Positions 47,277 through 58,143 of a stretch of 64,000 bases of DNA are shown piece after piece. This stretch comes from Plasmodiophora brassicae (Eukaryota). The notes under the pieces were generated by a model that saw nothing but the letters and a program-made list of their open reading frames with translations, made no database searches and had not been told where the DNA came from. Within the stretch, counting starts at the first letter, position 1. Each line of letters opens with the position of its first letter. Both the position numbers and the translations under genes were made by a program. The stretch lies in contig CP145410.1 of NCBI GenBank assembly GCA_036867785.1, forward strand, positions 1,488,001-1,552,000. The letters are read 5' to 3'.

Positions 47277-50200
47277 TGTAGATCGTGTATAGAGAACCTC
47301 AGCGTCATCGTTCCCAGATCTCCTGATCCTTCTCCCTCATGCCGTCCGGCCTTCTCGCATGCCGTACGGACTCTCCTGGTCTTAGGGCTGCCTCTCCTAG
47401 ATGCTGTTCTTGGTATCTCTGGCTGCGACAGGGCATGCTGCACTGCTCCACCGTCTACACTGCCCTTTTCCGAACATGACCTGGATGCAGACGTAGAGAT
47501 ACGTAGGCTCGTTGCTGCATTCGTGCGACACGTAGGCGTTACTTGGTTCGTGTGCGCGTTCAGATTGGTCACGCCCGTTTCTTGAGATTAGACTCATCGC
47601 AATAAGGATAGTTAAGTGAATCAGATTCGCCGGACCATGTCAGCATAGTGCTAACAGTTCTCAGCCATACTGACGACATCCACCCCCACGTGGGAGGTGG
47701 TCACCTCGTTACAGGCACCCATCCATTCCAAATCACTCCAGCGAGTCACCAAACGTTCCATATTTCCCAGTGATCCAGCCAACCGTCCCCATGTGGTGTA
47801 CGACAAGTCATACGCTGACATTAAGGCAGCATTTCCAATTCCCACAGTTCCCAATTCGCACCCGGTTCCATCCAATTCCAGTTCCAATTCCCCATGCACT
47901 GATCTGTGAGTTGCGTCCAACACACTACATCAGCGCCGGCTGTGAGCTCACTACTGCGTCCAGTAAGTTCCGCTCGCAACCACCACGAATACCCACACTG
48001 CGTCCAGCCATGTGCATCCGTAGTTAGTTCCGTTCCCATCCGATATCGGTTCACCGAAGCCCAATCTTTAGGAATCCGATGACTGGCGTCCGTTCGACTA
48101 CCAGGGTTAGCCGAAGTCCAATCTTTAGGATCCGACTGTGGTGGAGTGTTTCCCCATGCATATGCGAGTTCCGTACCGTTGGTTTCCATTTGGTACATGA
48201 TCCCATTCAGTGGCCAATTTGCTGAATGTTCCCAGACTGAGTCCCATGCCCAGTGGTTCGGGCCCCGTGCCCACGCAGGTGCTCCGCGCACCGTGCGTCC
48301 GATCGACGTCCTTTCCGTTTTCGCGTCGTTGTTCCTCGTTGCCTATGTACAGTTAGCAACCTTCGACCAGCTATTTTACCATGTTCCAGCCGGCCGGTCA
48401 TCATATCGTCAATTCCGTGGTCGTTTAGTCCTCTGACGTCGCGCTCCTTTTGCTTGACGTCGTTTCGAGGCAGGCTGGCGATTCCCGTTCGTCGCCGCCG
48501 AGTTCAACAATGTTCGCAACTCCTCCGCCTGAGGGTGGTCATCTCCCAGTCGGTCATACAGATCACGAGCCATCGTCGGCACGTCCTCGATTATGATGTC
48601 CGCCGGTTCCCATGTGGCGTCCGATTCCTCGAATCCTTCCCAGAGCACTTTGATTTCGACTCGCTTCTCGCTCGCATTGTATCGGCAGTCAGCTAGATTC
48701 TCCACCAAGAGCTTATGATTCGAGTGCTGAAGATGCTTCTTCATCGTCGCCGTCATGTTCAACTTCCCATCAGCGTATCGTCTGATCCGTTGGATGTGCG
48801 CCCGAAACTCCTTCTCGTGAAGAGGATCGTACAGCAGGTACACCTGATCGTTCAGTCGCTGCAGCACACGGAATGGGCCATTCCACTTGGCGATCAGTTT
48901 GTTCCCCGGGCCCATGTTCGGTCGTGCGCACAAGACGTAGTCACCTGGAATGAACGCTTCATCGTCTCCAGGACGCAGCTGCCTGTTGCGCTGCTGGACA
49001 TTGGCTCGATGCCGCTTCTCTTTGCCCATCTCGACATCCTTGTGTATGTTGTCGAAATCGTCCTTCATCTTCTCGATGTGCTGAGTAATAGTCGCAGGAT
49101 TCACAGGTCGCCAATCGCTAGCTTTCAAATCCCAGATCAGGTCTAGAGGATTCTCCGGTTGGATGCCAAACGCCGCCGTCACCGGTGCATGACCTCCACG
49201 ACGCTTTGAAGGCGTATGGTTCATGGCATGTTGCACCAGCTGACATGCGTACGGCCAGTTGTGGGTGTCGATCTGGTTCTCATTCAGTAGGCTCCTCAGC
49301 ATCTCCACGACCGTTCCATTCGCCCGTTCGACCGTTCCATTCGACCATGGACAGTACGCCAGCGTGATGTGATGCGCAACGTGACGTAGCCGACTCAAAT
49401 CCTCCATCACCTCAGCGGTGAAATGTGAACCACCATCGGTAACCAGGATCTCTGGCGTCCCGAAGTCAGCGATCCACGCCATCAGGGAATCAGCTGCAGT
49501 CCGGGCCGTCGCGTTCGTGCAAGGAATCAGGCGGACAAGTCCCGAGAAGTCGTCCTTGAGCAGCAATATGTACTTGTAGTCGTGGTCCGCTCCGCGAACC
49601 GGCTCGACGTACATGTAGTCCATATGCAGCACCTGAAACCTTTCGTGACCGTGAACAGCCTGACCCAGCGGCCGCGGAATCCGTTCTCCTCCTCGAGTGG
49701 TGACGCAGTGCAGGCACTGATCGCACATTTGTTGCACGTGCTCCTCCACTCCAGCCCAGCGGAATCGTCTCATAACCGCTTCTCTGGTGGTTGTCCCGCC
49801 ACGATGCATAGCACTGCCGCAGTGCGCCACGACCAGGATCCGTAGTCGTAACGTCTCTGCGTCGTCATGGCTTGGAATTAACACCTGTCCAGAGTCAGAT
49901 TTCCACAGTTTGTCGCGATCATCCCATTGCGCCTTGAATGCTGCCTTCTCGTCGTCGGTCAGCAGCTTCTGGGATTGTCGTATGTCGGCTTCACGAGGCC
50001 ATTCGAATCCGTCGTGCGCCATGGGGGTTACTCGCAGGTCTTCCATGGACATGACTCGAGCTGCCCGACACGTAAGCGCGATTCGACCCGCGCCCCATCG
50101 CGTCAGTAGATCTGCCCACGCATTGTCCTCCCCGCTGATGTCCACCATCTTGTATCGGAATCCTTGCAGATGAACGGACCACCGCTCCAGCTTTGCGGCT

Positions 50201-53200
50201 GTGTGCTTCTTCATCTCCATGTCGTTGTTGAAGATGTATCGTAGATTCCGATGATCGCAGTAGAGCAGGAACTCACGTCCGGTTTGCAGCAAGAAATCGC
50301 CTCGCGTAGTCGCCTGGACGATCGCCGCTGCCTCTTTCTCGATGATAGGCCATCGTAGCTGCGTGTTGTCGAAGCGTTTCCCGTAGAACGCCAGCGGTTC
50401 ATGTCGTTGCTCACTGATCGGCAATTCGATGTCCTCCATTGGAATCTGAGTCACGACCGCCGACCATGCGAATTCGCTTGCGTCCGTGAAGAGGCAGGTC
50501 TGGAAATCCTTCTTGGGGTAGGCCAGTTGCACGTGTTCGACCAGCACCGCCCGCAGCCTCTCGAATGCTTCTCGTTGTCGTTCAGACCAGCCCATCGCGT
50601 CCACCGTCAATGAGGCATAAGAACTGGACTTCGTTCGTTTCAGCTCCTCATTCGCCCGGTCAACGACCTCCTGTAGTGGCTCGATGATGTACGGGTAGTC
50701 CGGGATGCTCGTGCGCATCCATCCCACCGCCCACATCAGTTGCTGCAGGTCTTTAACCGTCTTCGGCTCCGGCATGCTTGTCAGAGCTGCTATCCGTTCC
50801 GGGTCATGTCGAATGCCGTTGCCAGAGTAGATCTTCCCGCACCAGACCAGCTCCCTGGCGAAGATCGTGCATTTCGTAGGGTTGAACTTCAGTCCGACTT
50901 CGCGTGCCCGTTCGAATACGTTGGCCAGCAGTTCCAGAAGCTCGGCCTCCGTCTTCGCGAATCCCAGCAGATCATCAATCCAGACCATCATTCGATCCAT
51001 CAGGTCGTCGAAGATGTTCACCATCCTTGCTTGGAATTGCGGGGCCGTGTTCAGTCCGCCCTGGATGCTTCGTGTAGGTGTCCAAACCGAATCGTCTGTC
51101 ATGAATGAAAACATCTCTTGACAAGATTTGTCCAGAGGCATCAACCAGAAGCCCTTGAAGGCATCCAAGCTGAAGAAGCACGACATACCTTCGAGCTTGC
51201 GGGCTCCCGCCTCGATGTTCGGCATGGGCCAGACAGTTGGCTCAGATCGCAGGTTCACCTGTCGAAGGTCGACGCATAGTCGGTAGCCGTCTCCGTGTGG
51301 CTTCTTGACGATCAGGACAGGACTAGCCCACTTCGAGTTCATGTTCGCAAAGATTAGGCCGTTGTCCTTCAGCATCCGTATCATGTCCGTCAAGAACTCC
51401 TTCTGCTTCGGGTTGTACATGCGTGGCTTGCACCGATATGGTGTGGCACCGTCCTTCAGGTCCGTCCTCAATGGTTCCACGTCCACAGGTGGGTCAGACC
51501 CCAGCGTCGTACGGAATTCGTTCATGTGCGTGTTCAATATCTTCCGTAGTCGCCTCAAGCCTTGCCTCGAAATGCCATTCTTCTTAGCCTGCTTGATCAT
51601 ATCGTTGACAGCCTTGCTGATTCCAGACGGATCAACCTTTCCGAGATCGATCTCACTGCGCGTCGGCTCGCCTTCGCTGTTCGCGTAGGGGTTGCATCCG
51701 CGGTTGGCGCTCAGTTCGATCATCTTGGCCGTCACCCTCTCCACCGTCTCGAGCGAGTCAGCATCGAACTGCATTACCCCATCGTTCGTTGACATCAGCG
51801 ACTCCAACTGCTGTTTGGGATCAATTCCCATAGCCGTGAGAATCGGGTTTCCGAGCAGCGTCTTCGCAATCATCGTCGAGATGTAGAATCGCATGTTGTA
51901 CAGCGTCAATGTCCCGTGTTCGCCGTGCAGTTTCATGATCGGAACGGCAAGGACCTTCGAGCAGACCTCAGTGGTCTTGTCATCACCCAGGACAATCTCG
52001 ATCGGATCAATCTCCTGTATCGCAGCTGCATCGTCAAGCCGTTCTGCAATGTTCGCCGGTATGACGTTGCCTCCACGGCATTCGGAATCCAGAGCGCACT
52101 CGAATGTGGTCTCCCCGATGGTTGCCCTCAGAGTGTCATCGCTTGCATCACCATCGTACGTTCGAACACGTGCCGCGTTTATTCCGCGGTTGCCACGACC
52201 ACGGCGCTCCTCCTCCGTCGGCGGTTGCGGGCAGTCGCTCACGTAGTGATCGCCCTTGCATCGGAAACAACCACCTTTGGGGGATTTCTTCGTGTCACGG
52301 TTGCCGTCGTGCTCATCTTCTCGATTACGTCCTCCGTTTCGCTGGCTTCCGCCTCCCGCAGGTACGACTTCCTGTTGTCCTCCCGGCGTGTCCCGACCGT
52401 GTCCTTCAGTCTTGTGTCGACCATGACCTTCTCCGCGTCGTCCGTTCGGGCCTTCGCGCTCATGACCGCGTCCGTTGCGCTGGAATCCGCCACCGAATCG
52501 TTGACGCTTGGGAGTGGGTTCCGGGGACCGTCGACCGCCTCGCTTGTTGACCTTTACACCGCGAGGGTAGTTGCCGCCATTGTCCTTCGCGATTGCCCTC
52601 AGTTGGGCGACCGTCTCCTTGTCAGATGTGCTCGGGTTGCCCAGCACGTCGACGACCGAATTCGCGTATCGGATGGCTTCCTGGAACAGACCCTCGATGT
52701 CGCCAGTGCGCGCTTCTGGATCCCGTTCTACCCAGTCGACCATGTGTTTCTGCAGCGGAATCGGCTTGATGGCATCCACCACTAGCTTGCCGAAGACGCG
52801 CCTCCCCGCCTGGTCGTCGTTCATCCACTCCAGGCCGTTTTGGGACACCAGACGCCGCAACTCGAATCGTATCGACTTGATCCTGTCGATCAGGAATGGC
52901 AGTTTCGTGTTCATGGCCAGTTCGTTCGCCAGCAACTTCTCCGCCGCCTTCAGATTGTGCGCCATTCGGCTCCCCAGCTGTGCAATCTCCTCGGCCATCC
53001 ACGCCTCGAGGTGAGCGTCCGTCATCTCCTGCTCATCCTGGAGTCCCAGCTCGTCCATCGCAATTGCCTGTCGTTCATGAAACTTGAAGCAGTTCCGGAT
53101 TGAGACTGGGCCGCGTCGTTCTCGCTCCGGCAGGTACGCCTCCGCCTCCGACGTGATGCGACAGTAGTCCGTGTACTGCTCCTCCAACTTCTTCAGTGAG

Positions 53201-53476
53201 CTCGGGTCCAGCCCCTCCGTCATTGGCTGCTGCCCGGGCTTCAATCGTCGTGCCATAGTGCTTTGGATCTCGTCGATCGGCTAAAACCGGTTTTGTAGAT
53301 CGTGTATAGAGAACCTCAGCGTCATCGTTCCCAGATCTCCTGATCCTTCTCCCTCATGCCGTCCGGCCTTCTCGCATGCCGTACGGACTCTCCTGGTCTT
53401 AGGGCTGCCTCTCCTAGATGCTGTTCTTGGTATCTCTGGCTGCGACAGGGCATGCTGCACTGCTCCACCGTCTACA
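47277..53476 (-). mobile_element. Intact chromodomain Ty3/Gypsy (family F), single ORF, long 3' UTR
   Basis: Identical 183-bp LTRs 47277-47459 and 53294-53476 (TGTAGA..TCTACA); 4-bp TSD TCGC; PPT GGAAAAGGGCAG. Confidence 0.96.
48409..53256 (-). CDS. Gag-Pol polyprotein, 1615 aa (family F)
   Basis: CFRCKGDHYVSDC, ALDSEC, LDAFKGFW, WIDD, FTDAS, LHMDY/VTDGG/NGTVER, chromodomain VLWEGFEESDATWEP. Confidence 0.95.
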   Translation of the reverse strand: MARRLKPGQQPMTEGLDPSSLKKLEEQYTDYCRITSEAEAYLPERERRGPVSIRNCFKFHERQAIAMDELGLQDEQEMTDAHLEAWMAEEIAQLGSRMAHNLKAAEKLLANELAMNTKLPFLIDRIKSIRFELRRLVSQNGLEWMNDDQAGRRVFGKLVVDAIKPIPLQKHMVDWVERDPEARTGDIEGLFQEAIRYANSVVDVLGNPSTSDKETVAQLRAIAKDNGGNYPRGVKVNKRGGRRSPEPTPKRQRFGGGFQRNGRGHEREGPNGRRGEGHGRHKTEGHGRDTPGGQQEVVPAGGGSQRNGGRNREDEHDGNRDTKKSPKGGCFRCKGDHYVSDCPQPPTEEERRGRGNRGINAARVRTYDGDASDDTLRATIGETTFECALDSECRGGNVIPANIAERLDDAAAIQEIDPIEIVLGDDKTTEVCSKVLAVPIMKLHGEHGTLTLYNMRFYISTMIAKTLLGNPILTAMGIDPKQQLESLMSTNDGVMQFDADSLETVERVTAKMIELSANRGCNPYANSEGEPTRSEIDLGKVDPSGISKAVNDMIKQAKKNGISRQGLRRLRKILNTHMNEFRTTLGSDPPVDVEPLRTDLKDGATPYRCKPRMYNPKQKEFLTDMIRMLKDNGLIFANMNSKWASPVLIVKKPHGDGYRLCVDLRQVNLRSEPTVWPMPNIEAGARKLEGMSCFFSLDAFKGFWLMPLDKSCQEMFSFMTDDSVWTPTRSIQGGLNTAPQFQARMVNIFDDLMDRMMVWIDDLLGFAKTEAELLELLANVFERAREVGLKFNPTKCTIFARELVWCGKIYSGNGIRHDPERIAALTSMPEPKTVKDLQQLMWAVGWMRTSIPDYPYIIEPLQEVVDRANEELKRTKSSSYASLTVDAMGWSERQREAFERLRAVLVEHVQLAYPKKDFQTCLFTDASEFAWSAVVTQIPMEDIELPISEQRHEPLAFYGKRFDNTQLRWPIIEKEAAAIVQATTRGDFLLQTGREFLLYCDHRNLRYIFNNDMEMKKHTAAKLERWSVHLQGFRYKMVDISGEDNAWADLLTRWGAGRIALTCRAARVMSMEDLRVTPMAHDGFEWPREADIRQSQKLLTDDEKAAFKAQWDDRDKLWKSDSGQVLIPSHDDAETLRLRILVVAHCGSAMHRGGTTTREAVMRRFRWAGVEEHVQQMCDQCLHCVTTRGGERIPRPLGQAVHGHERFQVLHMDYMYVEPVRGADHDYKYILLLKDDFSGLVRLIPCTNATARTAADSLMAWIADFGTPEILVTDGGSHFTAEVMEDLSRLRHVAHHITLAYCPWSNGTVERANGTVVEMLRSLLNENQIDTHNWPYACQLVQHAMNHTPSKRRGGHAPVTAAFGIQPENPLDLIWDLKASDWRPVNPATITQHIEKMKDDFDNIHKDVEMGKEKRHRANVQQRNRQLRPGDDEAFIPGDYVLCARPNMGPGNKLIAKWNGPFRVLQRLNDQVYLLYDPLHEKEFRAHIQRIRRYADGKLNMTATMKKHLQHSNHKLLVENLADCRYNASEKRVEIKVLWEGFEESDATWEPADIIIEDVPTMARDLYDRLGDDHPQAEELRTLLNSAATNGNRQPASKRRQAKGARRQRTKRPRN

Positions 53477-54207
53477 TCGCCCTGAGCAGACCGGGGTCGA
53501 TCATACTCTTCACTGATCGCGTGATCTGGCCCTTGGCGTTCGGATCGTCCCGGAAGTGATTCCGCTACTTCTTCAGCGCGGCCATGAACGTCGTGACGGC
53601 CTTGCGGTCCATGCTCTTCAAGGTCGCCGCCTTGTTCATCTGCAGGACGATCGTTGAGCCTTGCACGCTCCGTCCTTGTTGTCGATCGTCGACGTCATCT
53701 TCCAGCAGCACCTCCTGCGCGGCGGCCACCATCGCGTCCTTCTTTGAAACCTTCCCCGAAATGATGTTCAAGAGATCTCTGACGTCCTAACGGTGATGGT
53801 TTATCGAACCGGGTGCGTAGTCGTCTGTGTCCTCGACCTGCAGCTCCTACGGACGCCGTGCGGACTCCGTGCGGACTCCGTGCATGTCCGTCATTCTTAG
53901 GGCGGCCAGCCGGATCACAGCTATTCTTGTCTTATAGTTTGGAGCCGGCACAGACGACATTGTCTCGGATCGTGGCCCTCAGTTCGTATCGTTGTTCTGG
54001 AAACATCTCCTATGCCGTCTCGGCGTCGAACGCCATCGGTATCATCATCCCGCCACCCCGAATCAGACATGTTCAGACCGAGCGCGTCAACCAGATATCA
54101 GAGCAATACCTTCGCTGTTACGTGAGCTACCTGCAAGACGACTGGGAGTCATTATTGGCACTGGCCGAATTCTCGTACAATAACGTCGACCAGTCGTCCA
54201 CTGGAAT

Positions 54208-54831
54208 TGTAGACCAGACCGCCAACTAGGCCACGAGAGCAGCTGCTCTCGTGGCCTAGTTGGCGGTCTGGTCTACAAAACATCTCACCGGGGAAGCTCG
54301 AGCCCCCCGACGATCGAGCGATGTCCGCCGCCTACCCGTGTAGACGACTCGCAGACCTGCTCTCGTGCCTGGCGCGTCCGTACTATCTACCATCCTCCCC
54401 AAAACTCTCCGTCCACGGCGGACTTCGAGGAGGCTCGAACTCCCGTCGGTGAGATGTTTTGTAGACCAGACCGCCAACTAGGCCACGAGAGCACGTCGGT
54501 GAGATGTTTTGTAGACCAGACCGCCAACTAGGCCACGAGAGCAGCTGCTCTCGTGGCCTAGTTGGCGGTCTGGTCTACAAAACATCTCACCGACGGGAGT
54601 TCGAGCCTCCTCGAAGTCCGCCGTGGACGGAGAGTTTTGGGGAGGATGGTAGATAGTACGGACGCGCCAGGCACGAGAGCAGGTCTGCGAGTCGTCTACA
54701 CGGGTAGGCGGCGGACATCGCTCGATCGTCGGGGGGCTCGAGCTTCCCCGGTGAGATGTTTTGTAGACCAGACCGCCAACTAGGCCACGAGAGCAGCTGC
54801 TCTCGTGGCCTAGTTGGCGGTCTGGTCTACA
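54208..54831. mobile_element. Family E inverted dimer
   Basis: Perfect 70-bp palindromes at 54208-54277, 54510-54579 and 54762-54831; core forward 54278-54459 and reversed 54580-54761; 50-bp local duplication; TSD GAAT. Confidence 0.92.
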
Positions 54832-55122
54832 GAATGTCTCCCTTCTTCGCGAACTACGGCTATCACCCTCAGCTACGCGACTTCCGTCCTTGCAAACACG
54901 GCAGCTCCAATCCCTCTGCTGATGAGCGCGTGGCGCACTTGACCGCCATTCGCCGTTCCTAAACGGCCAACTGCGTCGTGCTGTCAGCGCCATGAAACGA
55001 GCTGCGGATCGAAAACGCCGACCACATCCCGACTTCAAGGTCGGGGAGATGGTCATGCTCCGTCGAGGGGCAATTGCGACTGGCCGCCCATGCGGTAAGC
55101 TGGATGTCCACTTTCGAAGTTA

Positions 55123-55317
55123 CCGTAAAATACACTGCGCTGTTCCCCCCAATGTACAGTAAAAGTGCGTGACCTGTCCATCGTTCCGAAAAGTTTTATG
55201 TGGGCCTGACGTGAGCGTCAGACAGGTTCTCGCAGTCGCTGCTCGCAAAAATTTGATGGCCAATTTTTGGGAGGGGGGTACAGGTCCCCAGGGGGTACAG
55301 CGCAGTGTATTTTACGG
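55123..55317. mobile_element. Tc1/mariner-type MITE (195 bp)
   Basis: 27-bp TIR CCGTAAAATACACTGCGCTGT(T/A)CCCCC; TA TSD; removal restores GAAGTTAGTCGC as in family B. Confidence 0.9.
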
Positions 55318-55840
55318 TAGTCGCATCGTCAATCCGGTCGCCTACGAACCCCTGCTTCCGGCATCCTTCCGCATTCACAACGTCTTCCACGCATCCCAAC
55401 TGGAACCGTACGTCCCGAACGTGATACCCAATCGGGTGCAGCCATCGCCACCTCCGATTTGGCTTGACGACGACGACCAACCGCTGTTCATCGTGAAGGA
55501 AGTCCTTGATTCTCGATACCGTGCAGTATTATATCGACTGGGACGGCTACCCTCCGTCCGAGCGCACCTGGGAACCCGCCTCCAACTTGAAAGGCACAGG
55601 CGGCTTCGATCGCCTGCTCGCGGACTTCCACGCTCGGAACCCAGACAAGCCCGGACCGCGTCTCCGGTGCCGGTAAAAGGGGACTACACGGTCGAGTCGC
55701 TATCTTGGCGACTCAACCGGCACCTAATCGGGCTCCTCCGCCGCGCAATACCTACAATAGACGTCCACGGCGCGGACCGACCGACCTCAGTCGGTCAATC
55801 CGTGTGGTTGACACATCTTGCTCTGTCGTCAGTCGTCACA

Positions 55841-56060
55841 TCGATCCTGGATTCCCGATACCGGTCGGGGCGGCTGCAATACCTCCTAGACTGGGAAGGA
55901 TACTCCCCGTCCGATCGAACCTGGGAACCCGCGGGCAAACCTCCATGGGACAGGGGGCCAACACCAAACGATTGATGAATTTCATGCTCGGTATCCCGAA
56001 AAACCCGGCCCTCGCTGTCGAACCCGACGGAGGCCCAATCGCTAGAAGAGGACTATTCTG
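55841..56060 (+). pseudogene. Chromodomain and PPT remnant of another Gypsy
   Basis: [29 protein letters not shown] followed by AGAAGAGGACTATTC|TG. Confidence 0.7.
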
Positions 56061-56909
56061 TGAGGACTGAATATATCTCGAACCCCGCGACGGACTTCGC
56101 CAGTCCGTCAAAGCGTTCGTTGCATCGGCTTGCCTCAGCTTGCCTGATTGTGACACTGAATCCTTCAAGGCAGTGAACAAATCACCGCAAGTGATGAGGC
56201 TGGCAGTTGTCTGTAGCATTTCAACGTAACTGTGTGATCGTTCGACGGTTTGGAGCAGAGTACCTGCGCAAGCCCACAGCTGCCGATGTCGACGGCTAAC
56301 TCAAAGACAACGCGGCTACAGGCTTCCCTGACATGTTTGGCTCTTTCAACGAACTTGGGAACGTCTCGCTGAATGGTGCTCCATTTCGACTGCAGAGAAC
56401 GTGTCGTTCGCACTCCGGCACTGGTGTTGCTGCAGAAATGGGCCTCGCCCTGTCCCTGTTGCAGGGTTCTAGAACACGTTCAACCACGAGCGGGCCAACT
56501 GAGCATATTCCGCATCAATTAAGTTGTGCCTCGCTGCGAACGCTTCGCCTCGCCGTCCTGACGGTTCCCAGCGGGCTCCATCGTTTTGGCGATGCAGTCG
56601 CGGAGCGAGGCCTGAAAACCCGACAGATATGCAGTCGCCGAGGGCCAAAATTGCGTCGCCTGCAAGACCGTGTATGTACAGAATGAAGTATTATTGTCAG
56701 AAGACGCTTAGCGAAAACGGTGATATGGCTAAACTGTCACGGTCGAGTCGCTGTCTTGGCGACTCAGCCGGCACCTAATTGGGCTCCTCCGCAGCGCACT
56801 ACTACAATAAACGTCCACGGCGTTGGACCGACCTCAGTCGGTCAATCCGTGTGGTTGACACATCTTGCTCTGTCGTCACATTTTGACCGACTACCCTTCG
56901 GTCGTACGC

Positions 56910-57030
56910 GTATCGTCTCGTCTCGTCTCGGCCCGTATCGACTATCGTCTCGTCTCGTCTCGGCCCGTATCGACTATCGTCTCGTCTCGTCTCGGCCCGT
57001 ATCGACTATCGTCTCGTCTCGTCTCGGCCC
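56910..57030 (+). repeat. 32-bp tandem repeat (3 full copies plus a partial) in the 5' UTR of B
   Basis: GTATCGACTATCGTCTCGTCTCGTCTCGGCCC units start at 56935, 56967, 56999. Confidence 0.9.
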
Positions 57031-57045
57031 TGTATCATCGCAGCT

Positions 57046-58143
57046 ATGGCGGGAGGTGATGGGTTGATTCCGGCGTTGTCGGACCCGCCATCGTCCGCGA
57101 ATCCGGATGTTGCAGCTGCGGCGGATGTTGCTGGCGCTATCGAGCTGCGCGACCTGAAGGCGGAGATCCTCGACCTCTTAGCCCAGTTGAAATTCGCGCA
57201 TGGCTCGCTGCCTAGGGCCAGCCCTCCCGCAGCGCCAGCTGTCTCGTCTCCCGAAGTGCGCAACGACTCGTCGGATCCCCCGGTCATCAGCGCTGTGCCT
57301 TCCCTATTGCCTCTCCACGCTTCTGTGGCTTCGTCTCTGCCGAATTCTGTCGCCCCGTCGACGCAGCATCCCGTGTCCCCGCCGCCGCCGCCGCCTATTG
57401 TTGTCCAGTCCCACGATATCCCGCGATTTTCGGGGGCGGACGGTCTGTCGACGATGCGTTGGTTGACCGCTTTCGCGCGGACCACCCAGACGCCATTAAC
57501 GTCTACCAGTCCGCTTTCCGACGCTGTGCAATGCATCTTGACGACGGCCTTGAAAGGATACGCCTTGGAGACTTATCTTGACCTTTCCGAGGACGCGTCA
57601 ATGGCGGACGTGGCATCCGCCCTGCTTCATGATTTTCCGGAGCCGTCGTTAAAGCGGGTCGAAGCTGATTTTGACAATTTGAAGCAGACTTCCAGTGTGG
57701 TTCACCATGCGCGGGAGTTCCAGCGCTTGTACAAGAAGGTTCAACAACTCGACCCCTTGTATAGGCTGAGTCCGTCCCGTTTGGCGGAAAAGTTCCGCAT
57801 GTCCTTGCACCCTGCACTTTCTGATGCCCTCTTCATTTACAACTACACCGAGTACGACAAGATGTTCGAGATGGCGATCCATCTCGAACCGAAGTATCCG
57901 ATCGCCGCTGTCAACGCTATCGAGGTCGGAGGGGCGCAACCTTTGGTCTGCCACTATTGTCGCGAGGCTGGACATTTCATTGCGTCCTGCCCCAAGCGAC
58001 CTCCGTGCCAGCACTGTCACAAGGTTGGTCACCGCTCCGCGCTGTGCCCCGAGCGGCCTGCCGCTGCTGGTCCTCCGTCGCCCCCACCCAGCGCCAGCGT
58101 CCCGCAGGCTGGTCCCCCGGGAAATGTGCCCGGGCGTCTGTGA
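57046..58143 (+). CDS. gag: Gag (family B), two CCHC knuckles
   Basis: CHYCREAGHFIASC and CQHCHKVGHRSALC. Confidence 0.92.
   Translation: MAGGDGLIPALSDPPSSANPDVAAAADVAGAIELRDLKAEILDLLAQLKFAHGSLPRASPPAAPAVSSPEVRNDSSDPPVISAVPSLLPLHASVASSLPNSVAPSTQHPVSPPPPPPIVVQSHDIPRFSGADGLSTMRWLTAFARTTQTPLTSTSPLSDAVQCILTTALKGYALETYLDLSEDASMADVASALLHDFPEPSLKRVEADFDNLKQTSSVVHHAREFQRLYKKVQQLDPLYRLSPSRLAEKFRMSLHPALSDALFIYNYTEYDKMFEMAIHLEPKYPIAAVNAIEVGGAQPLVCHYCREAGHFIASCPKRPPCQHCHKVGHRSALCPERPAAAGPPSPPPSASVPQAGPPGNVPGRL

Larger units (their letters stand above)
41782..53959 (-). mobile_element. Degenerate Gypsy (family H, related to F) carrying nested F, SINE, TRIM and solo LTR; candidate 5' LTR ~53818-53959
   Basis: gag pieces 53477-53771, 46784-47276 and 46120-46287 (CFNCEEVGHPAFRC); PR ALDSGAT; RT LDAFKGFW/WIDD; RH; IN IHMDW; several stops and frameshifts. 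Confidence 0.85.
53960..55840 (+). mobile_element. Degenerate 3' half of a family-B-like Gypsy (integrase, chromodomain, LTR ~55685-55840)
   Basis: Aligns to 61466-62534 with indels; interrupted by the E dimer and the MITE. Confidence 0.88.

Noticed and set aside
54208-54831. CRISPR array or hammerhead retrozyme interpretation of the repeats
   Set aside because: The spacers are the same core in two orientations, no cas genes are present, the context is eukaryotic, and I found no CTGANGA/GAAA hammerhead core by eye.
56070-56734. ORFs 56333-56686 and neighbours
   Set aside because: No motifs; probably intergenic or decayed repeat sequence.
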